A DNA stretch of 52,592 nt from Coriobacteriia bacterium (lineage in GTDB: Bacteria > Actinomycetota > Coriobacteriia > Anaerosomatales > PHET01). Under the pieces are notes generated by a model. That model was not told the DNA's origin. It saw only the letters and a list, made by a program, of their open reading frames with translations, and did not search any database. The position numbers were made by a program, and so were the translations under genes. Of the stretch, positions 35,499 to 45,574 are shown in pieces. Position 1 is the stretch's first letter, and each line of letters begins with the position of its first letter. Location of the stretch: assembly GCA_009779675.1 (NCBI GenBank), contig WRDS01000002.1, forward strand, positions 1 through 52,592, written 5' to 3'.

Positions 35499-36317
35499 CT
35501 ACTCTCCCGGCCCGGGCTCGTCTGCCCTAATGGTCACTTCGCCGAGGTTGTTGACCCTCTCAACCGCTACCGGTTTGCCGTCCCGCGTGACCGTTGCCGC
35601 CTCCGGCTTCCCTACGCGGACCACAGCCTCACCGGTGACCTCGAAGTCCCTTTTCTGGCCAGCCGTCAACACGCCCTCGTACGCAACCTGTCCATCAATG
35701 GTCACCTTGAACCACGATGCCCCGTCCTGGGACACCTTGATGCCGAGGGTGAAGGGCGGGGAGTCTGTGGTCACAATAGCCGAGGAGGCCCCGTCGGTCC
35801 CGCCAGGGTCACTCGGCGTGCCAGTGGTCTCCGCGCTTCCCGTGCTTTCTACCGTGCTTGTTGCCGAGACGGTCCCGGTGATCTCGACGATCTTCGGCTC
35901 TTTGCGAGTCTCGCTGTCAGGCTTGCGGGAGGCAAGCCTTGCGATCCCCCAGATCGCGAGAGACAGCAGGACCACTGCAAGCGCGATAGCGACGGCCGCA
36001 CGCCAGGGAACCGCATGCTGCTGCCCCATCGGCGCGACCGCAACACCTGACTGGGGCAGCTTGTTCAGGCTGCGACGTGTTGTAGCCCCTGTCTCAGCTC
36101 GGTACATGTTGAGCAGTGAAGGCGAATCAAGTTCCAAGAAACGGGCGTAACTCGATATGTAGCCGCGGACATATCCGGGGTTTGGCAAGCGGTCATACTC
36201 CCCCCGCTCGATGTAGCCGAGGATCTTTGCGCGGACTTTGATCGCGTCCTCGACCTGCTCAAGCGAAAGCCCCAGTTCAACCCTGCGTGCCCGAAGAGTC
36301 TCGCCAAGTTTACTCAT
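35499..36317 (-). CDS. rodZ: RodZ-like protein (XRE-type HTH, TM helix, DUF4115-like C-terminal domain)
   Basis: LGETLRARRVELGLSLEQVEDAIKVRAKILGYIERGEY, TM AAVAIALAVVLLSLAIWGIA, C-terminal SWFKVTIDGQVAYEGVLTAGQKRDFEV. Confidence 0.75.
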   Translation of the reverse strand: MSKLGETLRARRVELGLSLEQVEDAIKVRAKILGYIERGEYDRLPNPGYVRGYISSYARFLELDSPSLLNMYRAETGATTRRSLNKLPQSGVAVAPMGQQHAVPWRAAVAIALAVVLLSLAIWGIARLASRKPDSETRKEPKIVEITGTVSATSTVESTGSAETTGTPSDPGGTDGASSAIVTTDSPPFTLGIKVSQDGASWFKVTIDGQVAYEGVLTAGQKRDFEVTGEAVVRVGKPEAATVTRDGKPVAVERVNNLGEVTIRADEPGPGE

Positions 36318-38673
36318 GGCTCATCCCATTTGCTCCAGAGGCGTCCTCTCGCTCAAAAGCCTTGATCGCCTCAAGCTCTTCTACGTCAACGATTACCTCG
36401 CGCGGCTTGCTCCCATCCGGCTGCCCTACAACCCCGATGGCCTCAAGCATGTCCATAATGCGGCCAGCACGGGCATACCCTACTTTAAGCCTTCTTTGTA
36501 ACATTGAAGTGGAGCCAACGCCACTTGTTACCACAATGTCAGCTGCTTCCCACAGTAAGGGGTCGTCGGCTCCTCCTGTGTCAACCCCACCGCCCGACGC
36601 AGCGACCTTCAGCTGCAATATCTCGTTATGGTAGTCCGACTCGGCCTGCGTCTTAAGGTGTTCTACTACCGCCTCGATCTCGCTTTCCGAGACAAAGCAG
36701 CCCTGGATCCGCTTTGGCTTCGCAAGGTCGGGGCGTGAGTAGAGCATGTCACCCTTGCCGGTAAGCTTCTCGGCACCTGATTGGTCGAGGACGACCCTGC
36801 TGTCAAGTGCACTTGCGACAGAGAACGCGATCCGGTTGGTTATGTTCGCCTTGATGAGCCCGGTGACCACATTTGCCTCGGGACGCTGTGTGGCGACGAT
36901 CAGATGGATGCCCGCAGCGCGTGCAAGCTGGGCAAGCCTACAGATCGAGTCCTCGACCTCTTTGGCGGCAATCATCATGAGGTCCGCCAGCTCGTCAATG
37001 ACGATGACGAGATACGGGAGCTCCTCGGCAGCTTCGGCACCCTTGCCCTGCTGGATCATGTCGTTGTACATCCCGATGTTCCGTGCCTTGGCAGCTTGAA
37101 ATATCTTGAGGCGCCGCTCCATCTCCGACACCGCCCAGGCAAGCGCGCTCGCTGCCTCTTTCGCCTCCGTGACCACGGGGACATACAGGTGGGGGACCTC
37201 GTTGTAAGACGACAGCTCGATGCGTTTGGGGTCGATGAGGATCAGGCGCACCTCGGCAGGGGTGGAACGCATGATAATGCTCATGAGCATGGCGTTGATC
37301 GCAACCGACTTCCCCGAGCCGGTGGACCCGCCGATAAGCAGGTGCGGCATGTCCGCAAGATCCGCAAGCACGGGGGCACCGGTGACATCTTTCCCTATGC
37401 CGAGAAGAAGCGGGCCGTCTTTGCCTGCCGGAATGAGTACGTCGCCGAGCGTCACCGAACTCCGTCGGACGTTCGGCACCTCGACACCGATGAGTGATTT
37501 CCCTGGTATGGGTGCAAGGATCCGCACCGTGGAGGCCGCCAAGGCAAGTGCGAGGTCATCGGCAAGCGCCGTTATCTTGGAAAGACGCACGCCTTTGGCG
37601 ATCTCGATCTCAAAAAGCGTGACCGTGGGACCCGCCACCCAGCGCTCGACCCTGGCCGGGACCTCAAAGAGACCGAGGGTCTCAACGATGACGTCTGCCG
37701 TCTCACGAAGCTCCTTTTCGGAGGCACGGTGATGGGATGCTGACTCCGATGTCTTTGTGAGCGCCGAGAATGCGGGGAGCTCAAAGCCCTCCATTGCCCG
37801 AGGCGCAACGGTTTTTGCCACAGGAGCCGTAGTGGGGGCATCCTCCGGCGCGGGCGATCGCTCCCTTTTGCGTCCTTTGCGCTGCGGCAGCACTTGCGTA
37901 AGCAGTGACTCTGGGGCGTTGGCACCGGTGTCCGTTGCGTCGTCCTCAAACACAACCGTCTGGGCAGCGGACTCCCCTCGGACGCGCTCGTTAAACGATT
38001 CATCGAACTCTGACTCCGGCCACAAGGACTCCACCAAGAAATCCCGCAGGTACGAGACGAGGCCGGTTATCGAAAGCCCCAGCACAACGAGGCCGCCAAT
38101 GAGCATCCCCGCATACACAATCCCGGTGATCCACGGGCCAAACAGCTGCACTAGGACCCACGTGAGGCCCCCGCCGACCATGCCCCCATACGACGGTGCT
38201 GCCTCGCTGCTGACGTAGGCACTTAGGTCGCGGGGCATGCCCGTCAGGGTCGGCTCCAATGGGGTGAACAGCGCGGCAAAAGCGATAATCGCAAGCAGGA
38301 CGATAGCGATCCCGATGCCGGTACGCGCCTGGTGCACATACTCGGCAACAAACATGGAGGCCCCCCACAAGACCAGCCCCACCGGTATGAGGTATGCCCC
38401 CACGCCAAAGGTGAATCTGAGCGCAAAGGAGATCGCCTGGGTCGCAAGCCCCGGCTGCTCGCCCGATTGCCCGCTTACGACCGCGATTATCAGGGCGACA
38501 CCAACGACGCACAAAGCGATGGCGATGATATCGTGCCGAGCGCCCGCATCAAGGATGGGATTGCCCACAGCCGAGCGGCCACGGGCAGGCGCGGCCTTTT
38601 TTGCGGAAACACCTTTTTTTGAAGAGCCGCCCTTAACGGAAGCGCCCCTCTTTTTGCTGCCTTTTTTTACCAC
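36310..38673 (-). CDS. ftsK: DNA translocase FtsK
   Basis: N-terminal polytopic membrane domain, Walker A GGSTGSGKSV, Walker B LVIVIDELADL, gamma wHTH LQRRLKVGYARAGRIMDMLE. Confidence 0.95.
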   Translation of the reverse strand: MVKKGSKKRGASVKGGSSKKGVSAKKAAPARGRSAVGNPILDAGARHDIIAIALCVVGVALIIAVVSGQSGEQPGLATQAISFALRFTFGVGAYLIPVGLVLWGASMFVAEYVHQARTGIGIAIVLLAIIAFAALFTPLEPTLTGMPRDLSAYVSSEAAPSYGGMVGGGLTWVLVQLFGPWITGIVYAGMLIGGLVVLGLSITGLVSYLRDFLVESLWPESEFDESFNERVRGESAAQTVVFEDDATDTGANAPESLLTQVLPQRKGRKRERSPAPEDAPTTAPVAKTVAPRAMEGFELPAFSALTKTSESASHHRASEKELRETADVIVETLGLFEVPARVERWVAGPTVTLFEIEIAKGVRLSKITALADDLALALAASTVRILAPIPGKSLIGVEVPNVRRSSVTLGDVLIPAGKDGPLLLGIGKDVTGAPVLADLADMPHLLIGGSTGSGKSVAINAMLMSIIMRSTPAEVRLILIDPKRIELSSYNEVPHLYVPVVTEAKEAASALAWAVSEMERRLKIFQAAKARNIGMYNDMIQQGKGAEAAEELPYLVIVIDELADLMMIAAKEVEDSICRLAQLARAAGIHLIVATQRPEANVVTGLIKANITNRIAFSVASALDSRVVLDQSGAEKLTGKGDMLYSRPDLAKPKRIQGCFVSESEIEAVVEHLKTQAESDYHNEILQLKVAASGGGVDTGGADDPLLWEAADIVVTSGVGSTSMLQRRLKVGYARAGRIMDMLEAIGVVGQPDGSKPREVIVDVEELEAIKAFEREDASGANGMSHE

Positions 38674-38692
38674 GTTAGAGAACTACCCGTCT

Positions 38693-39601
38693 CTAAAACG
38701 CCCCATGATAGACCAGCAGGAGAACTACTCCAACCATAGCGGTGTATGCGACAAACCACCAGAGGGAGTGCTTCTTTATAAAAGGAAGCAGCAGACGGAT
38801 GGCCAGGTAACCGACTGCGGTAGTAGTGGCAACCCCGGCTATGATAACGCCTGCGCTCGGCAAGACATCCTTCCCCACTATGATGTCGAGACAGTGTTTT
38901 GCCGTCGCCGCTAGTACGATGGGTATGGACAAAAGGAACGAGAAGCGACCCGCCTCATCGCGCCTCATCCCGACCGCCTGCCCTGCAGCAATGGTGGATC
39001 CGGCACGTGAGACCCCAGGGAGTGCCGCAACGCCCTGCGCAAGGCCGACCATCAATGCCTTTTCCCACGACAGGCTCTCCGCGCCCACATCCGAGGCATC
39101 TCCCGCACCCAGGCCTTTGCCTGGGGAACCACCCTTGCTCGCAGCATCATCCGCGCCTGCGTCACCACTCTTGGCGCTGTACAGCCGGACGAACACCTCT
39201 GATCCACCGAGAAGCACCGCCGTACCAAGGAGCCCCCACGCCGAGATGACGATCTGCTGCTCGACAGGCCGCATCTCCACTCCCCCGACAAACGGCTCAA
39301 GGGCAAGCGCGATGATCATACTTGGCACCGTCGCAGCTATGATCAGCCACGCAAGCCTTCTATCACCTGCACATCCAGGGCCTCTTGAGAAAAGCGCCTT
39401 CGCGAGCCGGACGATGTCCTTCCAGAAATAGATGGCTATGGCAAACAGGGTCCCCACGTGAAGCATCACATCAAAACCAAGGCCAAAGCGCGGCCAGCCA
39501 AGCAACGAGGGCACTAATACGAGGTGGCCACTGCTTGAGACCGGCAGGAACTCAGTGATCCCTTGGACGATGCCGAGTACTATGGCCTGCAAGATGTCCA
39601 C
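38693..39601 (-). CDS. uppP: Undecaprenyl-diphosphate phosphatase
   Basis: GITEFLPVSSSGHL, PGVSRAGSTI. Contains a G/A/D/S-rich loop insertion. Confidence 0.92.
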   Translation of the reverse strand: MDILQAIVLGIVQGITEFLPVSSSGHLVLVPSLLGWPRFGLGFDVMLHVGTLFAIAIYFWKDIVRLAKALFSRGPGCAGDRRLAWLIIAATVPSMIIALALEPFVGGVEMRPVEQQIVISAWGLLGTAVLLGGSEVFVRLYSAKSGDAGADDAASKGGSPGKGLGAGDASDVGAESLSWEKALMVGLAQGVAALPGVSRAGSTIAAGQAVGMRRDEAGRFSFLLSIPIVLAATAKHCLDIIVGKDVLPSAGVIIAGVATTTAVGYLAIRLLLPFIKKHSLWWFVAYTAMVGVVLLLVYHGAF

Positions 39602-39604
39602 GGC

Positions 39605-41278
39605 TCAGACCTCCATGATCACAGGGATTATCATCGGGCGCCGCCGGAGGTTCTCCCAGACGTACTGGGAGACCGATTCCCGCAAGGCGTGCTGGATAAC
39701 CGCCTGGTCAAGCACGCCTTTGCTGCTGTTCTTCGCAAGCATCCTGGTGATCCGGGCACGCAACTCCTCGGCCATTCCGTCCTCGTTGAGCGCAATGCCC
39801 CTTGCGATCACCTCAGGTTCTGCGGCCTGACGACCGGTTGCCCTATCGATCACAACAACGATCGAGATGAGCCCGTCCTGGCTCATGTGCTGCCGGTCCC
39901 GCAAGACCACTTGGCCCACATCGCCCACCGACAAGCCATCGACATAGACAATGCCGCTCTCCACTCTGCCTGAGACCCGTGCGCCCTGATCATCGAGCCG
40001 CAAGCAGTCGCCGTTCTCGAGCACGAACACCGATTTACTCGGCAGACCGACCGCTGTGGCATGTCGCGCATGCGCAGCCAGATGCCGCGCCTCGCCATGG
40101 ATCGGCATGAAGTACTCTGGCTTGACCAGGTTGAGCATCAGCCGGAGGTCCTCGGCAGCGGCATGCCCCGACACATGCACGACAGACGAGCCCTTGTGCA
40201 TGACGTTCGCACCGACCTTGGTCAGGCGGTTGATGACTCGGGAGACCGCCTTCTCATTGCCGGGGACCGGAGAGGCCGAGATGACGACCGTATCGCCCTT
40301 CCCGACACGCACCGTGCGGTGGTCGCCGCCCGCCATTCGGGCAAGCGCCGAGAAGGGCTCGCCTTGGCTTCCGGTGCAGAGGATCACGATCTCATTGGGT
40401 GCCAAGCCGTTCATCTGGTAGGCATCCAGGATGTCATCGTCCTCTATGTGCAGATAGCCCAGTTTTCTGGCCACCTTGATGTTGTTGATCATGGAGCGTC
40501 CGGTGACCGCTACTTTGCGGCCATTTGCCACAGCCGCGTCGCACACCTGCTGTAACCGGTGGATATGGCTTGCAAACGACGCTACTATCACACGCTCTTC
40601 GGCGTTTCCTATGATGTTGCGAAACGATTTCCCGACCTCGGCCTCAGAGGGCGTCGTGTCAGAGAACTCGGCGTTTGTCGAGTCCGACATCAGCAACCGC
40701 ACACCTTTGCGACCGTACCGGGCAATAGCACCGTAATCGGTCAGGCGACCGTCGATCGGCGTTTGGTCGAGCTTGAAGTCCCCTGAGTGCAACACGTTCC
40801 CGACGGGTGTGCGGATATGCACGCCCACCCCATCGGGGATGGAGTGCGTGACAGCAAAGAAGTCGAGCCCAAAAACGCCGAGTGTAACGTGCCCTCCGGC
40901 CAAGATCTCACGCAGTTTCGACTTCTTTATCTTGTGCTCTTCAAGCTTGCTTTTGATAAGCCCCAAGGTAAGCCGAGTGCCAAGGATGGGTACGCTCGGC
41001 TTGAGTTCTTTGAGCAGGAATGGGATTGCGCCCGTATGATCCTCGTGGCCATGGGTTATGACGATGCCGCGTAACATGTCCTGACGCTTCAAGACATACT
41101 CGAAATTTGGAAGGATCAGGTCTATTCCAGGGTGATCGTCGCCGGGGAACATGAGTCCGGCATCGACGATAAACATGTCGTCGCCGTACTCGAAAACCGT
41201 CATGTTCTTGCCGATTTCGTCAAGCCCGCCGAGCGGGATGACCTTCAGGCAGTTGCGCTTGGCCATGCGAGCCGTCAC
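39605..41278 (-). CDS. rnj: Ribonuclease J
   Basis: Metallo-beta-lactamase motif ITHGHEDHTGAIPFL, beta-CASP region, HVSGHAAAEDL. Confidence 0.95.
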   Translation of the reverse strand: MTARMAKRNCLKVIPLGGLDEIGKNMTVFEYGDDMFIVDAGLMFPGDDHPGIDLILPNFEYVLKRQDMLRGIVITHGHEDHTGAIPFLLKELKPSVPILGTRLTLGLIKSKLEEHKIKKSKLREILAGGHVTLGVFGLDFFAVTHSIPDGVGVHIRTPVGNVLHSGDFKLDQTPIDGRLTDYGAIARYGRKGVRLLMSDSTNAEFSDTTPSEAEVGKSFRNIIGNAEERVIVASFASHIHRLQQVCDAAVANGRKVAVTGRSMINNIKVARKLGYLHIEDDDILDAYQMNGLAPNEIVILCTGSQGEPFSALARMAGGDHRTVRVGKGDTVVISASPVPGNEKAVSRVINRLTKVGANVMHKGSSVVHVSGHAAAEDLRLMLNLVKPEYFMPIHGEARHLAAHARHATAVGLPSKSVFVLENGDCLRLDDQGARVSGRVESGIVYVDGLSVGDVGQVVLRDRQHMSQDGLISIVVVIDRATGRQAAEPEVIARGIALNEDGMAEELRARITRMLAKNSSKGVLDQAVIQHALRESVSQYVWENLRRRPMIIPVIMEV

Positions 41279-42165
41279 AGCACCCCGACGCGGCGCATTA
41301 TGCGCTCAAGCTCGGCAGTCTGCTCGGGGGTCGCATCGATAAGAGGCAGGCGGACACCGCCCACATCAAAACCTTGGAGCCCAAGCGCTTTTTTAACCAT
41401 TATCGGATTTGCCGTCATGAACAGCGCTTTTATGAGTGGCAACAGTTCAAGGTGGGTACGGAGTGCCCGCGTATGGTCGCCGGATGCATGCGCCTCGACC
41501 ATTTCCTTGAAGCGGGGGCCTGCCACATGGCTTGACACAGAGATCACACCGGTTCCGCCAAGGCCCATCAAGGGCAAGGTGAGCTCATCGTCGCCGGACA
41601 GCACCTCGAACCCCTCGGGAGCATTTGCAATAACCTCTGCAGCCTGCGAAAGATCAGAGTTGGCCTGCTTGAGGGCAACAATGTTCTCACAGTCATGTGC
41701 TATACGAAGGATCGTCTCAGGAGTGGCGTTTACCACAGACCGCCCAGGGATGTTATAGAGGATGACCGGCAGATCCACAGAACGGGCGATTGTGCAGAAG
41801 TGCTGGTAGAGACCCTCCTGGGGTGGTTTGTTGTAATACGGGACGACCGCCATGATCCCGTCGACACCAAGCGCAGTCACCTTTGCAGCGAACTCCACCG
41901 AGTCGTCCGTGCAGTTGTCTCCCGTGTTCGCAATGACCGGCACTCGACCGCCTACCGTATCAACGATCGTCCTGAAAAGATCGATTTTCTGGTCGTAGAA
42001 AACGGTGGGGCTCTCTCCAGTGGTGCCGCAGACGACGAGCGCGTCAGTGCCCTCGGCGATCAGTTTCTCGGCAAGCTCGGATGCCCGGTCAAGATCAAGC
42101 TCGCGTTCCGCAGTAAACGGCGTCACCATGGCGGTGAGCAGTCGGCCAAAGCGTGGTGTAGCCAC
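41275..42165 (-). CDS. dapA: 4-hydroxy-tetrahydrodipicolinate synthase
   Basis: AMVTPF, VCGTTGESPT, YNIPGRS. GTG start after AAGAGGTG. 4-nt overlap with rnj. Confidence 0.95.
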   Translation of the reverse strand: MATPRFGRLLTAMVTPFTAERELDLDRASELAEKLIAEGTDALVVCGTTGESPTVFYDQKIDLFRTIVDTVGGRVPVIANTGDNCTDDSVEFAAKVTALGVDGIMAVVPYYNKPPQEGLYQHFCTIARSVDLPVILYNIPGRSVVNATPETILRIAHDCENIVALKQANSDLSQAAEVIANAPEGFEVLSGDDELTLPLMGLGGTGVISVSSHVAGPRFKEMVEAHASGDHTRALRTHLELLPLIKALFMTANPIMVKKALGLQGFDVGGVRLPLIDATPEQTAELERIMRRVGVL

Positions 42166-42330
42166 TGTTATGCACCTCTTTCAGCAGGATCGCAGCAAAA
42201 CGGGAACACTGCGAAATAATTACTGTTGCTATTCTGAGCGGTATTGTGACACAGTGGGCGGTGATTACGCGCCCGTCTCGGGAAAAAGGCTTGCGGTGTC
42301 TGCTTTCTCCGCCAAGCACATCTCGCTCGC

Positions 42331-43134
42331 TTATCCCATAAGCTTCTCAAGGCCGACGATCAGGCCTTTACGAGAGCCCACCTCTCGGCATGCAAGGACC
42401 ACTCCGGGCATGAAGCCCTTGCGGTCAATTGAGTCATGCCGAATCGTCAATGTCTGGCCCAGACCGCCAAAGACGACCTCTTGGTGCGCAACAAAGCCCG
42501 GGAGCCGGACCGAGTGGATGGCGGGGCCCTCGTTCTCGGCACCCCATGCGCCCCGAGCACCCTCAAAACCCGCGACCGCGGTCTCAGGCCCCGGGGCATG
42601 CGGCGACCCCTCACGTGCGGCAGCGATCATGCGCGCCGTGCGCACGGCAGTGCCACTGGGCGCGTCAAGTTTTGCATCATGGTGCATCTCAATGACCTCG
42701 GCATGCGGCATATAGCGTGCGGCACGCTCGGCGAACTGCATCATCAAGACGGCACCGACGGCAAAGTTCGGTGCAAAGAACAGGCAGGTGTCCGGATCCT
42801 GCCGTTCGGCGGCAAGGATCGCCGCGAGCCTTTCCTCGGACAGCCCAGTGGTTCCCACAACGCAGTCGACACCGGCTGCAAGCGCCGTGCGCAGGTTCTC
42901 CTCAACGGAGTCTGGTCGCGTGAAATCGACCATCACATCCGGGCAGGACCGTTTGATGGCCTCGGCAAGCGATGGCTCGCAGATATAAGGATCGCCCTGG
43001 CCTGCGCCAGGCATGACCTCGCACGCCGCCGGATCCACGCAAGCTGCAACCTCTAGGCCATCGGCTGCGTGGACCGCCGAAACGACCTCGCGTCCCATCC
43101 GACCTGCCGCGCCTGCCACCAACACCTGAATCAT
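42331..43134 (-). CDS. dapB: 4-hydroxy-tetrahydrodipicolinate reductase
   Basis: MIQVLVAGAAGRMGREV, EMHHDAKLDAPSGTA. ATG 43134 after GAGGAGGG. Confidence 0.93.
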   Translation of the reverse strand: MIQVLVAGAAGRMGREVVSAVHAADGLEVAACVDPAACEVMPGAGQGDPYICEPSLAEAIKRSCPDVMVDFTRPDSVEENLRTALAAGVDCVVGTTGLSEERLAAILAAERQDPDTCLFFAPNFAVGAVLMMQFAERAARYMPHAEVIEMHHDAKLDAPSGTAVRTARMIAAAREGSPHAPGPETAVAGFEGARGAWGAENEGPAIHSVRLPGFVAHQEVVFGGLGQTLTIRHDSIDRKGFMPGVVLACREVGSRKGLIVGLEKLMG

Positions 43135-43193
43135 CAGCTTAAACCCTCCTCGTATCGCCGAAGCCGCCGAGCGCCCAGGCCACAAGTCAGCGG

Positions 43194-44444
43194 TCAGACC
43201 GCACCGGCAAACTGATCTGCCGAGAAAGGCCCGATAACCGCAAGCACCTTCTGCTTTGAAAGTACCTCCTCGGACACCCGCCTGATATCATCCATGGTCA
43301 CCGCATCGACCCGAGCCATGATCTCATTGGTGGAGAGGATCTCCCCACCTACAACTTCGTTCTTGCCAAGCCGCGTCATTCTCATGCGTGTGGATTCCAT
43401 TCCGAGCACAAGATGGCCTTTTAGCGCCTGTTGAACGCGGTCGAGTTCCTCGGGCAAAACTCCATCCGAGGCGATCCTTTCCACCTCTGATGCAATGAGG
43501 CCGACGACCTCCTCGGCATTCGATGGCCGCGTGCCCACATAAACCGCGAATTCGCCCGTGTCTTGATAGAGCGCCGAGAACGAGTAGACGGCGTAGGCGA
43601 GCCCGCGCTTCTCGCGGATCTCCTGGAACAACCGAGAACTCATCCCACCGCCAAGGACCGCATCGAACAACGAGAGCGCGAAGCGGTCAGGGTGGTTGGC
43701 ATCCATGGTGGCAAGCCCGTAACAGATATGGGCCTGCTCTGTCTCTTTTTCAAGCACCGCCAGGTTCGAGCTGCCAGACTCCTTGACCGCCGGACGTCCG
43801 ATACGTTCGCCATGCGGGATACCCGTCAAGTACTTTTTGGTCAGTGCGACAAGCTCATCATGGCTTACATTGCCAGCTGCAGCGACCACACAGTTGCCGC
43901 TCAGATAGTGCTTGGCGCGAAACGCCGTCGACCGACCGTGATCAAAGGTCGCCACGCTCTCCTTGTCGCCGAGGACCGGCAGCCCAATGGGGTGTGTCGG
44001 CCAAAGCACACGGCTGAAGATCTCATGGATCTGGTCGTCGGGAGTGTCCTCCATGCGGGCAATCTCCTCGATGACCACCTCGCGCTCAGACTCACAAGCT
44101 GCGTTATCCAAGGCCGCATCGGTGACCATATCCGACAGTATTGAGAATGCCCTGTCCAGATGCTCGTCGACAAAGCGTGCATAGTAGCAAGTGTATTCCT
44201 TGGAGGTAAACGCGTTGATCTCGGCTCCTAAGCGATCAAACTCCTCCGAGATGTCCCGGGCCGAGCGCACGGAAGTCCCCTTAAACATCATGTGTTCTAG
44301 AAAGTGGGACATGCCCGCCTCAGCAGGCTCCTCATCACGACTTCCCACGCTGAACCATATGCCAAGGGCAATTGATCGCACAGAGCCCATTTGCTCGGAA
44401 ATGATCGTTGTCCCGTTTGGCAACACGGTTTTTTCAAAAAACAT
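43194..44444 (-). CDS. M16 family zinc peptidase (PepR-like)
   Basis: Inverted zinc motif HFLEHMMFKGT. 416 aa, two-lobe M16 architecture. Confidence 0.88.
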   Translation of the reverse strand: MFFEKTVLPNGTTIISEQMGSVRSIALGIWFSVGSRDEEPAEAGMSHFLEHMMFKGTSVRSARDISEEFDRLGAEINAFTSKEYTCYYARFVDEHLDRAFSILSDMVTDAALDNAACESEREVVIEEIARMEDTPDDQIHEIFSRVLWPTHPIGLPVLGDKESVATFDHGRSTAFRAKHYLSGNCVVAAAGNVSHDELVALTKKYLTGIPHGERIGRPAVKESGSSNLAVLEKETEQAHICYGLATMDANHPDRFALSLFDAVLGGGMSSRLFQEIREKRGLAYAVYSFSALYQDTGEFAVYVGTRPSNAEEVVGLIASEVERIASDGVLPEELDRVQQALKGHLVLGMESTRMRMTRLGKNEVVGGEILSTNEIMARVDAVTMDDIRRVSEEVLSKQKVLAVIGPFSADQFAGAV

Positions 44445-44577
44445 CTATTCAGCTTCTTTCTTACTGGTTTCTTTCTGAAAACGTAAGCCTGTTCTTTCTG
44501 AAAGCATAAGCCTGGCTCTAAAAGTGCGCAAAGGCACGGTCTGAGTCAAAAGCATCGCCTAGATCGATCGGCCCGGG

Positions 44578-45312
44578 TTACTCGACTTTGAGCAACTCGA
44601 CCTCAAAGATCAGTGTCGCATTGGGGCCGATATCGTAACCGATCCCCGGTTCGCCGTAGGCTAACTCCGGTGGAATGGTGAGCTTGCGTTTCCCGCCGAC
44701 CCGCATCCCGACCACACCCTCATCCCAGCCTTGGATAACCGCGCCTTTCCCTACAACAAACTGGAAGGGCTTGCCTGCGTCCCGAGATGAATCAAACTTC
44801 TTCCCGCTGGTCAGCCAACCGGTATAGTGCACGGTGATCTTGGTTCCGCTTTTTGCTTCCGCGCCCTTCCCCACCGTAAGATCCTCGATCTTGAGTTGGG
44901 TCACAGAGCCGCCTGACGAGGACTGTGAGTCCCCCGGGCCCGCTGCCGAGCCCGCACCGCCCGTGCTGCCTCCCGACCCAGACGCGCTAGAACCAGCTGT
45001 TCCTGAACCGGTTGACTGTGTAGCAGACGACGATTTCCCTGAACCCGCTGCCGAGCCCGCACCGCCCGTGCTGCCTCCCGACCCAGACGCGCCGTCAGCG
45101 CTAGAGGAACCCGACCCTGACGAATCGTCTGCTGTGCCTTCCGGCGAGCCATCGGTGCCGTTTGAGCTGGTCGCATCAACCGTTCCCGATCCGCTTACTT
45201 GGCCTGCAGGGTCATCGGTCGTAGAGCGACCACCTTTTTTGCATCCGAATGTAGCCACCATGCAAGTGGCCAGGATCACTGCTAAAGCAAGTCTGAATAG
45301 CCTTCCGTGCAT
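44578..45312 (-). CDS. FKBP-type peptidyl-prolyl cis-trans isomerase lipoprotein
   Basis: Lipobox ATCMVATFGC. Long Ser/Gly linker. C-terminal FKBP domain (VHYTGWLTSGKKFDSSRD...FQFVVGKGAVIQGWDEGVVGMRVGGKRKLTIPPELAYG). ATG 45312 after GGAGGTG. Confidence 0.88.
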   Translation of the reverse strand: MHGRLFRLALAVILATCMVATFGCKKGGRSTTDDPAGQVSGSGTVDATSSNGTDGSPEGTADDSSGSGSSSADGASGSGGSTGGAGSAAGSGKSSSATQSTGSGTAGSSASGSGGSTGGAGSAAGPGDSQSSSGGSVTQLKIEDLTVGKGAEAKSGTKITVHYTGWLTSGKKFDSSRDAGKPFQFVVGKGAVIQGWDEGVVGMRVGGKRKLTIPPELAYGEPGIGYDIGPNATLIFEVELLKVE

Positions 45313-45574
45313 GGCCACCTCCATAGATCGTTCAACTGCATGCGCCTTGCGAGCAGAAACAACAGGCCGACCCGATGACAGACCATTGGATAACCACTGA
45401 GCGAGGTAGATAACCACCGAGCAGCACCAAACAACACATACTTTTAACTCGCAAAACACACACCTTATTCTGGCAAAATAGTCCAAACACAAGCAAAATC
45501 AGTTATACTACAGGAAAAGATATTTTATTGCGATCCGTCAGGAACCCGTCAACAAGAGCGGATAGGAGGAAACC

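Noticed and set aside
42166-42330. Possible lysine riboswitch or other leader in the 165-bp dapB-dapA spacer.
   Set aside because: I could not recognise the conserved L-box core elements by eye, and only a weak hairpin is present. A covariance-model search (Rfam) would be needed to settle it.
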